64,000 nucleotides of DNA from Octopus sinensis (lineage: Eukaryota): positions 23,746,001 to 23,810,000 of the forward strand of contig NC_043003.1 in the NCBI RefSeq assembly GCF_006345805.1, given 5' to 3'. The translations under genes were made by a program, and so were the position numbers. The notes beneath the pieces are model-generated. The model did not search any database. It was not told the origin of the DNA and was given only the letters and a program-made list of their open reading frames with translations. Position 1 is the stretch's first letter. The number at the start of each line of letters is the position of its first letter. Positions 1-12,362 of this stretch are shown here, piece after piece.

Positions 1-136
1 TTTAATTACTGCTTGCCTATGGAATAAAGGGTTTATATTTCTAGCTTAAACATGGATATAAAACAGCGTTACTGAGTTTATTGCTGGTAAACGCCATAGA
101 TATGGAGAGAGAACGGGAAATAGAGAGAGAGAAGGC

Positions 137-137
<1 letters not shown>

Positions 138-201
<64 letters not shown>

Positions 202-202
202 G

Positions 203-262
<60 letters not shown>

Positions 263-263
263 T
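138..263. repeat. (GATA)n tetranucleotide microsatellite
   Basis: Direct reading; explains the SIYL-repeat ORF 78..311. Confidence 0.97.
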
Positions 264-694
264 AAGAGAAAGAGGTGGGAAACGAAGTTTAAAGAGCAAT
301 ATAGTTAGCATCGGCTTTTCTCGCCATTTATTTTACTTAACACCGTTAAAGCTCTTTAAGGAGGAGTATGAGTTTCAAACGTTCCAGAAGTACAGTTAAT
401 TGGAAAACAGGTAATTTATGAGTAGTTTAAAAGAAATCATTCTTTAATAACTGCAGAACGGTGCAACCTGGTATCTTTTCAGTCAAAAGGACTCGCTGCT
501 TGTTGCTAGTTTTATCAACAGTCTCAGTTGAAATAGACTAGATTTCACTGAGTAATGCTATTCGGCAATGGGATATATTTAAACGAATATAGCAGAGAAC
601 CTAATATTTATGAACAAGTGTTTTACATAAACATGTTTATCACAGAAGCACTAACAGCGTTATTTTGTCGTAAAGACAGGTCCTCAATATGAAA

Positions 695-893
695 ATGAGC
701 TGGCTTGGTCGTTATAGCACCGGACAGGATTTATAGGGGCGTTCCATTTGACCTTACGTTCTGAGTGCAAATTCTGTCAAGGTCTACTTTGCCTTTCATC
801 TTTTGGAGGTTGATAAAATAAGTACCATTTGAGTATTCGACTTACCACTTTCCCTGAACTTTGCGGTGCTTGTACCAAAATATGAAAGCAACA
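695..893 (+). mobile_element. Diverged tRNA-derived SINE, family E
   Basis: Matches the copy at 8944 (gagctggc head, ttacgttctgagt, ctttgcctttcatc, taagtacca). Confidence 0.75.
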
Positions 894-1329
894 TTAAGTG
901 GTAGAGCGAAAAACAGAAGACAATGAAATCATGCTTGATTTTATAGTAAATATTGATTTTTACACTAGGGCAGCATCTTTTGCTTTCATTTGACAAAAGG
1001 TATTCCTAACGTGAACGCCCAGTCTATTTAGATCTCAAAGTATATAATAACGCCAATATATGCAAAGCTACGAGTATGTACCGTTTCTCAGTGAATTGAA
1101 AGTAATGTGCCAGTTATTCCCAGCACATCAACTTCAGTGTGTGTCGCATTCAGCTTCATTGTTTGCATAGGCAAACATCCACGTGCACACACATACTAAC
1201 ATTCATACATGTTATTATACGCGTGTTTTATGTATAACGAGGGGTTGTGTGTGCACATGTGCATATCTGGTACGTTATGTAAGAATACATGATACTTACA
1301 CACCTATTTCTCGTCCGTTAATCGTAGTA

Positions 1330-1500
1330 TAGGTAATTGGCCGGAGACTTTCCATTTCCGACCAGAAGGTTCCTAGTTCGATCCCTCTTCGCATCACACT
1401 GAATAATTTCGTTTTCTATAGTCTCAAGCCGATCCGCAATTTATGAGTGAATTTGGGGCAGACGAAGCTGTATATAATCTCGCCAAGTGGATTATAAAGC
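1330..1500 (+). mobile_element. Old, decayed SINE related to family A
   Basis: B-box-like gttcgatccc, then ctatagtctcaagccga and gagtgaatttgg resembling the family A core. Confidence 0.45.
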
Positions 1501-2324
1501 CCTCTCACATGCGTCACGCTGATTCTTCCAGTGCATTATTAGGGCATATATCTCTGTCGAATAGCTAAATACTTGTTAATTCGGAAGCAGGCTATCTTCA
1601 TCGTCGAACGATGGAGATCAACCATTTTTCGCGTCAGAATATCTGAATACCTGAGCTATAACAGTATAAGAATAACGGAATACAAAAAGAAAATAAATGA
1701 AAGTGTGAATGATCATTCAAAAGCAAATATTGCGAAATTGTGTAAAACAAATGGATAGATGGTGTTCCTGATTTCTATGGTGAATAAATATCTATCTAAA
1801 ACGACATTTTTGTGCAACACCTCATCGGAGAAAGAAGAGAAATAAAACTGCCAACTGCCTTCAGCTGTGGTCTCTTGAAAATCAGTTCCATTATTAAAAG
1901 TAAAATACTCCATTTCCTATTTAGAAACGAACTTGTGATTAATGAGATATCCCATCAGTTTCTTACGGTGCAGAAACATGAATTGTAAAAGAAGCCTAAA
2001 CAGGCTCACAAATGCATTATTTTTGTTGATGGACAACAAAACAACGGAATGAATTCAAAGGCAACAAGATAATACCACCAACTAAATGACGTTGGGAAAC
2101 TCACGTAATCATTGAAGCGTAGTCTGCTGTTGACATGTAGAACATGATGGCCGAGGAGTGGGCAAAACACTAGCAAACAATATCATGAGACTCTGCAACA
2201 GAAATACAGAACAACAATGAAGAACTTGGAGGGATTTGTCAAAAAATTGAGAAAAGTAACAACAGTGAATGGATATGTTGAGAACTGCGGAAGGACTTTA
2301 TATATATATAATATATATATTTAG

Positions 2325-2530
2325 TATGCGACCTCGTCTGTATCACTAGCGATTTTTCCCCCTGTCTTCCTTCTCGGGATCTTTCCTTCTCCTATGTTTC
2401 CGACGAAGAGCTCTCCTCGAAACGTCAACCCTCCTTCTTCCCTTCTTTCCTGAGCGTCCAATAATACTTTATTTGTTCCACGTCCTTGCGTTGTTGTTTT
2501 TTTGTTTTTGTTTTCTTGTTTGGATTAACT
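2325..2530 (+). mobile_element. (AT)n-embedded PLE pLTR-like repeat with a degenerate hammerhead motif
   Basis: CCGACGA-A-GAG..CTC-GAAAC-GTC at about 2400-2426; flanked by (AT)n; a decayed reverse copy lies at about 50670-50750. Confidence 0.55.
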
Positions 2531-2595
<65 letters not shown>

Positions 2596-2844
2596 GGTCC
2601 CGGGTTGAGTCGGGGTTAACCTAGTCCTGTAGAAGCTCCTTCTATAAAATAAATATATATATGTATATATATATACATACATACATACATACATACATAC
2701 ATACATACATACATACATACGTACATACGTACAGGTTGCGCAAGGTATTTTAAGGACGTAAATTTTGGGAGTCATTGCTGCATTTCATGTGGTGTGATTA
2801 TACTGCGAGTTTTCTCTTGTGAATCAATTTTTGTGTACCCCTGT

Positions 2845-3900
2845 GTTGTTTAGAATATGACGTCCGTCTTGAAACCAATGCATTCCACACAGCTGGAAAC
2901 ATCAATGTGGCGTTTGGTTAAGTTGTGGCGATGAGCACATTGTACGTCGATGGTTTGAGAAGTTCCAGTCTCGTGACTTTACACTTGAAAATCATCCCCG
3001 TGGTAGGTCTAAGACCAAGGTGGATAATGATGAGCTGGAAACTGTAGTGGAAGCGGATACATCTGAAATTATGTGTGACTTGGTAGTATGGTTTGATGTA
3101 TTGGATCATCTGAAACAAATCGGCAAAGTAAAAAGCTGGACAAGTGGATACCACAAGAACTGAACGAGCATCATATGACACATCGTCTTGAAACACACTG
3201 GTCTTTGCTGTCATGGCATAAAAGCGAACAAGTTTTGCATCGTATTGCTACATGGAATGAAAAATGGATTCTTTTCAGCAATAGCAAGGGTTCTGTATGG
3301 TGGTTGGATAGAGACGAAGGGCCAAAACACAATCCAAAAAAGAATATTCACTTACAAAAGCTAACGGTGTCTGTTTGGTCATCCAACGCTGGCGTCATCT
3401 AGTACAGCTTCATGAGACCTGACAACTCAATTACATCAATTGTGTACATCAACCAATTGGATGAAATGATGAGTGAACTTGCAATTAAACAACCGAGATT
3501 AGTCAATAGAGACAGGCTAATTGTCTTGGAAGACAATGCTCAACCACATGTTGCACAAAGAACACTACTCAAGTTCTTGAGGAACTGAACTTGGAAGTAC
3601 TCTGTCATCCATCATATTCACCAGACCTTGCACCAACTAACCTTCACACTTTCTCCCCATTAGACAATATGTACAGGGAAAAAAATTCAAAACTGAAAAT
3701 GCGAAAACAGGTTTTCTTGATTTCATCACATCTTGCTCTCCAGAATTCTTTGCTGCCGGCATAAATAAGCAACAATGAAATGTCAAAATTTTATTGATAA
3801 CTTAGGTGCATGCTTCAATTAACTGCTTTTCATTTTGTTGAGATAAAGTAAAATAAACTTTCAGTTCAAATTCGGATATTTCATTATTAATGAACTGATA
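2845..3900 (+). pseudogene. Decayed mariner (DD34D) transposase relic
   Basis: Frame-hopping translation gives KWIPQEL (WVPHEL), HRIATWNEKWI (TGDEKW), LEDNAQPH (HDNA.PH) and HPSYSPDLAPTN (YSPDLAPSD); stops and frameshifts present. Confidence 0.92.
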
Positions 3901-3920
3901 TATATATATAAATATATATA

Positions 3921-3971
<51 letters not shown>

Positions 3972-4154
3972 ATATAATATATTAATATATATATATTAGG
4001 CAGAAATTATTTTAGTGGGGAAACACACGTGGAGGATATAAATAGAGAAAGAGAAACGATGTAAAAACACAAAATATTTGTTTTACAGGATTAAGAATAT
4101 ATTAGAGTCATGGCAATGAAGATATTATACAATATCTTCATTGTATAATGAAGA

Positions 4155-5873
4155 TTTTTTTTTCTAGTTTCAGCTCAGAGCTGCGGTCATGCTGATGCAC
4201 CGCCGTTTTGTGCTACACTGTTATTACGACGAACCTCGTCTAATATGTGGCACTTGGTGAAGAATGGAGTTTGACATAGCTACTCTCATTTGCACCTCTT
4301 GCCGTGAGGTAGGTTCATCTGGGATTCTTGACAGGAAGATGTCCAGCTTTGAATTAAAAACCGCTACATCTACTTTGTGCAAGTTCCTCAGACTCTTTGG
4401 GAGAATATTAAAAAGCTGTGGGCTCTTGAAACCCAGGCTGTTGCAGAAGCTGGTCCTGAAGCGTGATGGCATTGCTGGGATCTTTGGCACTATGCAGTGT
4501 CGTCCCGTTCAACCATTGGTGTAGCTTACAATGCCAAAATTTGGCACAATTCCTTCCAGGATCTTCCAGACATATATTACTGCATACCTCTCCCGTCTTC
4601 TCTCCAGGGAGTAGAGTCTTAGCTGTTTCAATCTTTCCCAGTAGCTGAGCTGTTGCAAAGAGCTGTGAGTAGTAATCCAGGCGGCTGAGGACGAATGTCC
4701 GCCAGAGGACCATCATGGTTTCCTTATCTCTGGTTCTGAATGTTCTTAGGATCCACCCAGCCAGTTGTCTGCACTTTGTCGCCATCCTGGTAATGTGCAC
4801 TTGGAAAGAGGTATCATCACTCATGTCGATACCCAGGTCCCTCACAGACTTAGGCTCTGGGATTGAAATTTTAAGTTTAATATTCAGTTTTGGATGCTGG
4901 TAGCGCAGGGCCTGGAACGTTTCAGCATTAAACTGCATATTATTATCTTCAGCCCATCTGTAGATTGAGTCCAACTCCTGCAGCAGGTGTGCAACATCGC
5001 TGGGGTTCTGTATTTTCTGCGAGACTTTCGTATCCTGTGCACAGCTGGCAAGAGTGGCTATCCGGGCATTTGAGGGCATATCTGAGAGGGCCACTATAAA
5101 AAGCAGTGGTCCCAAGACAGTGCTCTGTGGAACACCGCTCACTATTTGTGTGTTCATAGAGGTGGCTCCATTAACCACTACTGCCTGACTCCTATCTTCC
5201 AGGAAGTCATGCAACCACACTCCAAGTTTTCCAGCTATGCCGAGGTCACGCATTTTGTGGCATATCATACCATGATCCACCTTGTCAAAAGCTTTTGCAA
5301 AATCAAGGTAGATTACGTCCACATTTGATTTGTTGAGTAATTGCCTCAACACCCAGTCATAATGCTGTAAGAGCTGGGTCAGGCAGCTCCTACCTGGTCG
5401 AAAACTATGCTGGGTATTACTCAGCAAGTTATTTTCCTCAAGGAACGCGATTAGTTTCTTTCTGACTATCCTTTCCATGACTTTGCTGATGTGTGAAGTC
5501 AGAGAGATAGGCCTATAGTTTTTGGCATCTGCTCTACTTCCCCCTTTATGTATTGAGCATATTATTCCCTCCTTCAGCTTGCTTGGCAGTTTGTCATTCG
5601 CTAGAAAGCTCTGGAAGATAATCTTGAGGGGTTTTGCCAGGGCATGCTTACACGCTTTGAGGAGGATGGCTGGGAAACTATCTGGACCAGCAGCTGAGTT
5701 TGTGTCTACTTCATCTATGGCTATTAGGACATCTTTTTCGCTAATGTCAATACATTCTATTGTAACCGCCTCGCTGGTTATAGGTGAGGCGGCAAAAAAG
5801 TCCACTGGTTCGTTCACTTGTCTGTGTTCCAACGGGGTGGTAAAGACACTTTTGAACTGGTCATTCAGCATCT
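4155..5873 (-). mobile_element. 5'-truncated CR1-like LINE, copy 1, with a 487-aa RT ORF remnant
   Basis: ORF 4408..5871 has NYRPISLTS, YLDFAKAFDKVDH and GVPQSTVLGPLLF; YADD is changed to CAQD; a short A-tail lies at 4155-4163 on the minus strand. Confidence 0.96.
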
Positions 5874-6229
5874 GAATGACCAGTTCTGAATATTATATTG
5901 TATAATATCTTCATTATACAATAAGGTTTTGCTCTTTCGACACAATTGAAGTAAGGATCGGTTTCGCATTGCTCATCAACTGAGAGATAAAGAGATTAAT
6001 TGCTGCGGAGGAAAAAATTTTGCTAGGGGAGATAATTGTTCACTTATTTATTTTCCAGTGAAAGGGAGGTAAATCTGTAAGTTTTATTTTTTTTTTTTAC
6101 GTTTCTCGCTTAATTCTGGCTTACATCTTCCATTAATTGGGGTACGTTCTTTAATTTTAATATGGTTTCATATTTAATCCTGGTTTATATTTGTGGATAC
6201 ATAAGGCTCTTTTATTCACTCTTACTTAT

Positions 6230-6700
6230 GTTGATGTCCAGAAGGCAAGATGAAAAACTGGGAAAATTTCGAATTGTGGTTGTAATCGCTCTTCACATTC
6301 ATCACTGTGTTGACTGAGGTATATTTGGCGATATTTTGGGGAGGAAATTTGTCTGTGGACCGTACATCTCTTTCGGATCGAATTTCCTGTTGAGCCAATG
6401 TAATTTCGATGGCAGCCCGAGCATCTGATTACGGAAATGAGGTTTTAGGAGGTGCAATGAAGTTAGATTTGAACTTGAATATTTATCCTTGTCTGAAATA
6501 GAATTCCGAACATTCCAACAGGTTGGGACAAGTTCCGCAATTATGGCGACCACACTTTACAACACATGCGTCCGTTGTTCTAGAGGATAGTTTGGCATTG
6601 GTGAGAATTTTATTGAATGTCTTAAGCTGTTATCTCCCCAAGCAATTTATCTCTTTCAACTCTCACTTTGATAAGCAATGCGAAACCGGTACTCACTCCA
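6230..6700 (-). pseudogene. Penelope-like GIY-YIG endonuclease fragment
   Basis: Minus-strand frames read CVVKCGRHNCGTCPNL and NLISVIRCSGCHRNYIGSTGNSIRKRCTVHRQ, i.e. the PLE Cys motif plus GIY-YIG. Confidence 0.85.
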
Positions 6701-6808
6701 ATTATGCTGAAAGAACAAAACCTTATTTTGTACAAAATTTCATAATTCCATTATTATCATGGCCCTAACATACTCTTAAATCGTGTAAAACAAATCTGTG
6801 TTTTTTCA

Positions 6809-6894
<86 letters not shown>

Positions 6895-7164
6895 TGACAA
6901 CAAGAGAAGTATCAAAACTCAATAGATTTCCACCGGTCGTATGTTCGTCTTCTGCCCACGTTTATGTATTGGTTTAAGTGGTTAAGTCTCGCCAATTTTA
7001 ATCCCCAATTTATCAAAGTAAGGCAGGTCACGAACAAAACCATTCAATGGTATCATGGATTGTATCCAAATGGTTTGTGTTCTCATACAGTCTGGTGGAT
7101 AAACCCATGAGTAGGATATGCTAGACCAAGTCTGCTAAAAGCATTCTGTATTCAATCTGGCACT

Positions 7165-7450
7165 CCGTCGGTAACGACCATGAGGGTTCTAGTTGATTCG
7201 ATCAATGGGACAGCTTGCTCGTGAAGTTAGCGATCACTCAAGAGATACGCATACCCTTAATACAGTTCTAAAGGAGATTCAGCCTGACACTTTGTGACAA
7301 GGCTGGCCCTTTGTAGTACAGGTACAACTCACTTTTTCCAGCTATGTTGGCTGGAGCAACGGGAAATAAAGTATCTTGCTCAATAACACAACGCACCACC
7401 AGGAATCGAACTCACGACTGTACCACCGTGAGCCAATCACTCTAGCCACT
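7165..7450 (-). mobile_element. SINE family B1 (tRNA head, core, tail X)
   Basis: Collinear with 51015-51335; B-box-like gagttcgattcc on the minus strand. Confidence 0.85.
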
Positions 7451-7754
7451 AAGCCACGCACCTTCACAATATTCAATCATCAATGGATTGATGTACTCTC
7501 ATTATTCACCATATGCAGCCTCCAATGATGATCTGGGTTTATTGCAGTCGAAAGTTTCTGGCAAAGAAAGTCTTTTCATTGGTTTATATTCCTATTTGAA
7601 AAACAGCGTTACTCCGACAATTTTACATATGGGCATTTGATTCTTAGAATTATCCTGGTTTTCATGGTGGTGGTTCTCTATAAAATTCAAATTAATTTCT
7701 TTTCTTTTTTGTCATTTTTACCAATTCTTTAAGAGATTGTTTCATGGCGACTGC

Positions 7755-8228
7755 CTTCTTCTTCTTCTTCTTCTTCTTCTTCTTCTTCTTCTTCTTCTTC
7801 TTCTTCTTCTTCTTCTTCTTCTTCTTCTTTTTCTTCCTCTCCTTCCTCTTCTTCTTCTCTTGTTTTTCTGTTTCTTCCCTTTCGCCTTCTTCCTCTTCTT
7901 CTTCTTCCTTTTCTTCTTCTTTTTCCTTTCTTCTTCTCTTCTTTTCTTCTGCTTCCCCTTCGTCTTCTTCTCCTTTCTTTCTTCTTCTCTTCTTCCTCGT
8001 CTTCTTCTTTTTCCTCTCCTTCCTCTTCTTATTCTCTTCTTTTTCTTATTTCCTCTTCTCCTTCTTCTTCTTCCTCATCTGCTTCTGCCTCCTCTTCATT
8101 TTCATCTTCTTCTTCTTCCACTTCTTCCTTCTCCTCGTGTTCTTCTTCTGCCGCTTCCTCTTCTTCTCCGTCTTCCTCTTCTTCCACCTCCCCCTCTTCG
8201 TCCCCGTAATTCTTATTCTCTTCTTCTT
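7755..8228. repeat. About 470-bp (CTT)n / polypyrimidine tract
   Basis: A pure (CTT)n start degenerating into CTT/CCT variants. Confidence 0.95.
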
Positions 8229-8536
8229 GCATGAAAGATATGCTATGTTTTTAAGTATATTAGACTTGGCACTAATTAAAAGGAATACCTACAATTTAGC
8301 ATACGTTGCACAATCAAATCTACAGAACTAGTTTTTCTGTGACAAGTTAGAAATAATTAGTTAAAAATAAGTAAATAATTAATTAGCAACTGATGATGAA
8401 TAATTATACATAATCTATCATTACAGATAGAAATACACAAAGGGAAGCTACCTAGTACCACTAAAAGAGATTTTTGCTTCTTACTTTTTATAAGTGAATG
8501 TGGCGAACATGTATCGCAACCGCGTAGGAACAATGC

Positions 8537-8660
8537 AGATTTACACGACTCGCAGCTTTACTTGACTCGCAGCTTTACTCGACTCGCAGCTTTACTCGGC
8601 TCGCAGATTTACACGACTCGCAGATTTACTCGACTCGCAGCTTTACAGATTTACTCGATA
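8537..8660. repeat. 17-bp minisatellite GCAG(C/A)TTTAC(T/A)CGACTC, about 6.5 copies
   Basis: Direct reading of tandem units. Confidence 0.92.
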
Positions 8661-8943
8661 GGAATCGCTTTATTTTGATAATACAACTACTTTATGCTAT
8701 ATTTTAAACAAAACGAAAAATACGAATAAAAAAACATTTTTCGCTTTGCCCCAGCTATTTTAGGGGCGGTAAATCAGCGAGGAAGCCCACACGTGGCTGC
8801 CTGCAAAGCGTTCAGCGCTCCTTCAGAGTACAAAATAGTCTCTTATATGAGGAAATATGATTGCTTTATGTAATCCAATATAAAACAAATTCAGAGGGTA
8901 AGAATCGTTACCGTGTCATATAGATTCATAGATCCGGTAAAAG

Positions 8944-9282
8944 GCGGCGAGCTGGCAGAAACATTAGCACGCTGGGTGAAATGCTTAGCAGTACTTCGTC
9001 TGCCGCTACGTTCTGAGTTCAAATTCCGCCGAGGTCGACTTAGCTTTTCATCCTTTCGGGGTCGATTAAATGAGTACCAGTTACGCACTGGGGTCGATAT
9101 AATCGACTTAATCCGTTTGTCTGTCGTTGTTTGTCCTCTCTGTGTTTAGCCCCTTGTGGGTTGTAAAGAAATAGGTATTTCGTCTGCAGTTACGCACTGG
9201 GGTCGATATAATCGACATAATCCGTTTGTCGCTCCCTTTTTGTCCCCTCTGTGTATAGACCTTCGTGGGCAGTAAAGAAATA
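8944..9282 (+). mobile_element. SINE family E, with an internally duplicated 3' part and a 17-bp TSD
   Basis: Head ggcgagctggcagaa; core gcttttcatcctttcggggtcgat resembles a Nin domain; TSD agattcataga(t/c)ccggt at 8922-8938 and 9283-9299. Confidence 0.9.
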
Positions 9283-9313
9283 AGATTCATAGACCCGGTT
9301 ATCCAATATCTGT

Positions 9314-9662
9314 GGAGGTGCAATGGCCCAGTAGTTAGGGCAGCGGACTCGCGGTCGGAGGATCGCGGTTTCGATTCCCAGACCGGGCATTGTGAGTGTG
9401 TATTGAGCGAAAACACCTAAAGCTCCACGAGCAGGGGGTGGTAGTGAACCCTGCTGTACTCTTTCACCACAACTTTCTCTCACTCTGTCTTCCTGTTTCT
9501 GTTGTACCTGTATTTCAAAGGGCCTGCCTTGTCACACTCTGTGTCATGCTGAATCTCCTCGAGAACTACGTTAAGGGTACACGTGTCTGTGGGGTGCTCA
9601 GCCACTTGCACGTTAATATCACGAGCAAGCTGTTCCGTTGATCGTATCAGCGGGGACCCTCA
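9314..9662 (+). mobile_element. SINE family B2
   Basis: A-box tggcccagtagtt and B-box-like gtttcgattccc; collinear with 61549-61928. Confidence 0.9.
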
Positions 9663-9714
9663 TCGTCGCAACCGACAGAGTGCTCCTATTACTACTATCC
9701 AATATCTGCAGCGT

Positions 9715-9900
9715 GTATATTCCCCACCTGGATGGGATGCCGGTCCGTTATAGGTATATTCATTTTTGCCAGCTGAGTGAACTGGAGCAACGTGAAATAA
9801 TGTGTTTTCCTCAATATTACGACGCGCAACCTGCTCAAAGAATCGAAACCACAATCTTATGATCAGGAATCCAATATCCCTAGCAACTGAGAAACGCGCC
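9715..9900 (-). mobile_element. SINE with the B1-type head/core and a different tail
   Basis: Shares atttcacgttgctccagttcactcagctggcaaaaatga with 51015-51335. Confidence 0.7.
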
Positions 9901-10479
9901 TCTACTATAGTTCCTTAAAATAACGAATTTAACATCGCCTGAAATGTCACTTCACACAGTTTTCCTCAGTCAGAGTTTGAACTCGGTTTAAACAACGACA
10001 ACAACAAAAACAACAGCAAAAACAAAAATAACAACAACAACAAAAATGAACCCTGTATTTACAGGTCATTCATCGGTTAACCCTTTCCTTCACGAAATAT
10101 GATCGTAACGAGGAATGGGCGTAATCAATCATATACAGATTTATGGATATGAAATGTAAATTGAGCGATGAACGTGTACAACTGGGATGTAATTTCAGTT
10201 GAGAGCAAGGTAGTATAATCCATCGCGGATTAGGTTACGAATAGCTACTGGCTTGATGGATCAGGTTAATTAAGCTATATAGCGAAATAAACGACGTATG
10301 CGTACATATGTGTATTTGTATGTATGCATGTGTGTATGTGTTTGAGAGGGAGTTTATGACAGAGAACAATAGCTTTGTAATTTCCAAATTAAACGAGGCG
10401 TGTATCAACTATTTAAGGCATGAATTTATTATTAAACACGCGCACCCGCACACATATTTTTATATTCGTATGTATATAC

Positions 10480-10562
10480 ATGTATATAGATATACATATA
10501 GATACATTGATATAGATATATATGTTTATATAAGTATAGCTCTGAAAATATACATACACATG

Positions 10563-10593
<31 letters not shown>

Positions 10594-10609
10594 GTATATA
10601 TATATATAC

Positions 10610-10652
<43 letters not shown>

Positions 10653-10664
10653 ATAATATATACA

Positions 10665-10725
<61 letters not shown>

Positions 10726-10726
10726 C

Positions 10727-10757
<31 letters not shown>

Positions 10758-10837
10758 CATATATATATATAATATATATATATATAAACAAAGATAAATG
10801 CGATACAATAAAATTAATTATAATCGCCGGTGTACCA

Positions 10838-10876
<39 letters not shown>

Positions 10877-10925
10877 TTTATGTATGCATGTACAAAATTA
10901 TGGGTATATGTATATATGTATTTGC

Positions 10926-10966
<41 letters not shown>

Positions 10967-10985
10967 GATATATATCTATATATAA
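10480..10985. repeat. (AT)n / (ATAC)n compound microsatellite
   Basis: Direct reading; similar tracts at about 2530-2720, 12120-12450, 19200-19400, 25620-26235, 39090-39430, 56120-56290 and 63490-63800. Confidence 0.95.
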
Positions 10986-11344
10986 TCATAGATCCAATTG
11001 TGATATAGTTGGTATACGCCTCATTTAATTTGGAAATTACAATTTATTTCTCTCTGTCACATATAATCCACAAACATAACTAACCACCTCAATTCATACA
11101 CACATCAAAAGATACACATACACACACACACTCACACATACGCAAACACACACGCTCAGACTTCACTGTACAATTATACATGCATATACACACATATAAT
11201 CACACAGATATTATATATCATTTCAACATGACTATCATTACATTCAGTTTCTATAGATAACGGTATCTTTTCTACAACTGTCTCTTTCTTCTGTCGCTCT
11301 TTCAGTGACTCTCTTATTCATACATATATATATATATAATAAAT

Positions 11345-11688
11345 ATTAGGGAATAAATCCAAACTTACAGGGAAAATCAGATTTAGGATTGAATCCAATT
11401 TATAGTAAAATATTTTATTATATAAATTAGAGACAATACCACTATTATGCAAATCAAACACAGAAAGACTTAATCCAATACATAAATTAATTTATATAAT
11501 TTAGAAATTTAACAATTATTAATATCCACTACGTCGTTTCATGTCTTCTTTTCATCACATCTTTGAGTAGTAGACATTCTTCAGGTGGTTTCAAATATTC
11601 TTGGAGAGTTTAAACTAATTAATTTATGTATTGGATTAAGTCTTTCTTTGTTTGATTTGCATAATAGTGGTTTTGTCTCTAATTTATA

Positions 11689-11690
<2 letters not shown>
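11345..11690 (-). mobile_element. (AT)n-embedded PLE-like non-autonomous element with about 70-bp inverted arms and a central hammerhead
   Basis: Inverted repeat 11421-11492 / 11617-11688 with two mismatches by eye; same family as 51389-53245. Confidence 0.75.
11526..11588 (-). ncRNA. Type I minimal hammerhead ribozyme motif with an intact core
   Basis: Minus strand: CCAC-CUGAAGA-AUGUCU..AGACAU-GAAA-C-GAC-GUA-GUGG. Stem I is CCAC/GUGG, stem II has 6 bp and the cleavage triplet is GUA. Confidence 0.75.
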
Positions 11691-11745
<55 letters not shown>

Positions 11746-11761
11746 TATATATATGTATATA

Positions 11762-12241
<480 letters not shown>

Positions 12242-12331
12242 GTATGTGTGTGTATGGTGTATGTATGTATATATGTATATATATATATATATATATAATA
12301 TATATATATATATAATATATATATATATAGA

Positions 12332-12362
<31 letters not shown>

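Noticed and set aside
8537-8660. CRISPR-like array
   Set aside because: Contiguous tandem units without spacers, in a eukaryotic context.
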